A stretch of 64,000 nucleotides of DNA, taken from the NCBI GenBank assembly GCA_045587745.1, contig JAZNCU010000029.1:2902-66901 (forward strand). Reading direction: 5' to 3'. The position numbers were made by a program, and so were the translations under genes. Source of the stretch: Eubacteriales bacterium. GTDB lineage: Bacteria; Bacillota; Clostridia; Oscillospirales; CAG-382. The notes beneath the pieces were generated by a model. It saw nothing but the letters and a program-made list of their open reading frames with translations. It was not told the origin of the DNA and did not search any database. Shown piece by piece: positions 62,855-64,000 of this stretch (the first letter of the stretch is position 1; each line of letters begins with the position of its first letter).

Positions 62855-63844
62855 TCACACCAACGAAACCAGCCACAATGTAAATGCAAACAGTGCCATA
62901 AAAGGCAAAAATCCTCCGTTGAAAACAAAAGCAGAGCAAAACGTTCTTCCGTTTGCGGTGTATCCGATCCTGGTATCGGTAGACAGCCTCGGCTTTTTGT
63001 CCGAAAAGCCCTTGACCGCATAGTAGATAACGGCAACAAAGCCTATTACCATAAGCAGCATTGTGAGGAGAGAGTCTATTGCATAAAGATTCTCGGAGCC
63101 GTACTTGAAAATATAGCTGTTGACGGTAGAATATGCATTGTTGATGAAGTGAATAAGCACGCCGCACCATACCGAGCCGGTTACCACGTAGCAGATGGCA
63201 AGCGCAATACCCACGTAGGTAGCAAAAATAACGCTGTCAGGGCTGATGTGCATCATTCCGAACATTATCGACGAAACGAGTATTGCTCCGATCCTTCCGT
63301 AGGGAAGCAGAGCTTTGAGAATAATTCCTCTGTATATCCATTCCTCAAGCAGAGCGGGCAGAACAGCCATACTGACAAACGTGAGAGCTATACCCAAAGC
63401 CGATGTCGGAAGCGAAATCTCATCCGAACCGAACTCGCTGAACAAGCCGCCCGTAAGATAGTAAACGATAAAGTTAAGTAGATATGACGATCCGATCGTT
63501 CCGACAATAAACAACAGTGCTTTTTTCGGTGCAAAACGCTTAAAACGGATTTTGGGCTTTTTGCGGTTGCGTACAGCCTTGAGTCCGATCATCAGTAAAA
63601 GACCGGGTACGCCCATCATCACAATATAAGTGAAAATACTGCATACTGTATCGGCGGTATCGCTATCGGATACAAAGCCCTCGGCTATTGCAAGCAGATC
63701 GTAGTAAATATACGACATGCCAAGCTGTATCAAAAGCATCAGCGCACATGCCAGAAAACAAAGGGCGATAATGCGTTTTAGAGATTTTTTGTGGTTTTTT
63801 TCAATCGTCTGCTCACGCAGTGAAATGTCGCTGTATCCGGTCAT
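62855..63844 (-). CDS. CPBP family intramembrane glutamic endopeptidase (CAAX protease-like)
   Basis: 329 aa and polytopic, with motif 1 EEWIYRG, motif 2 FGMMH and motif 3 HFINN. Confidence 0.85.
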   Translation of the reverse strand: MTGYSDISLREQTIEKNHKKSLKRIIALCFLACALMLLIQLGMSYIYYDLLAIAEGFVSDSDTADTVCSIFTYIVMMGVPGLLLMIGLKAVRNRKKPKIRFKRFAPKKALLFIVGTIGSSYLLNFIVYYLTGGLFSEFGSDEISLPTSALGIALTFVSMAVLPALLEEWIYRGIILKALLPYGRIGAILVSSIMFGMMHISPDSVIFATYVGIALAICYVVTGSVWCGVLIHFINNAYSTVNSYIFKYGSENLYAIDSLLTMLLMVIGFVAVIYYAVKGFSDKKPRLSTDTRIGYTANGRTFCSAFVFNGGFLPFMALFAFTLWLVSLV

Positions 63845-64000
63845 TGTAACCCCTTACTCATTGTATCGTACGAAAGCCGTGCCGCCTCCTCCGAGATGTT
63901 GCAGTACAAACGGTATATCGGAATTTCACCGATCATACGGCTAATCATATCAAGTGTCTTTCCGGCGCAATCCTTGTCCTTCGGTATGAGTATCTGATGC
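63841..64000 (-). CDS. C-terminal fragment of unidentified protein (5' end outside window)
   Basis: An open minus-strand frame runs from the window edge. It reads HQILIPKDKDCAGKTLDMISRMIGEIPIYRLYCNISEEAARLSYDTMSKGLQ and ends at TGA 63843-63841, overlapping the CPBP ATG (ATGA). No family was recognised. Confidence 0.4.
   Translation of the reverse strand, partial: HQILIPKDKDCAGKTLDMISRMIGEIPIYRLYCNISEEAARLSYDTMSKGLQ

Overview
The window looks like a chromosomal segment of a Firmicutes/Clostridia-type bacterium, by eye about 50% G+C. This placement rests on gene content, GGAGG ribosome-binding sites and TGn-extended -10 promoters. All family calls were made by eye from the supplied translations; no database search was run.

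Most of the window is densely packed housekeeping:
- A glycogen operon (glgC', glgD, glgA, glgP, GH13) extended by an AAC(3)-fold gene and an APH-fold kinase gene.
- A SigH-like sigma factor, ilvBN, deoC-cdd-pdp and murQ.
- A five-gene GT2 / TIM-barrel / small protein / Gfo-Idh-MocA / TIM-barrel operon.
- rpsB-tsf.
- An ECF sigma / anti-sigma / beta-propeller lipoprotein module.
- AGE epimerase plus a membrane-anchored SGNH esterase.
- A LRR lipoprotein followed by alaS, then HIT, PRTase, comEC, holA, a Toprim protein, mtaB and a hypothetical gene.
- HAD, M55 peptidase, LysR with a CofE-like ligase, and a large orphan solute-binding-like lipoprotein.
- GNAT, rpmB, murC, an ECF S component, typA and gap.
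- A tight seven-gene string: CPBP, tadA, ACT, UPF0210, metG, tatD, radical SAM.

No rRNA, tRNA, CRISPR array, transposase or integrase was seen.

The clearest anomaly is at 21.6-23.0 kb. A visibly AT-rich two-gene islet (a second HIT-fold protein and a PF05635-type four-helix-bundle protein) is bracketed by two imperfect direct repeats. Each repeat is a modular array of short hairpins, and compensatory substitutions between the copies preserve the stems. The islet lies directly downstream of tsf, where pyrH-frr usually follow.

Secondary leads:
- The oxidoreductase/TIM-barrel/small-protein operon may be a 3-keto-glycoside-type module.
- A radical SAM gene has an obligatory non-ATG start that overlaps tatD.
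- ComEC appears to carry a degenerate metallo-beta-lactamase domain.

Many very long antisense ORFs are explained by codon usage and are rejected as genes.
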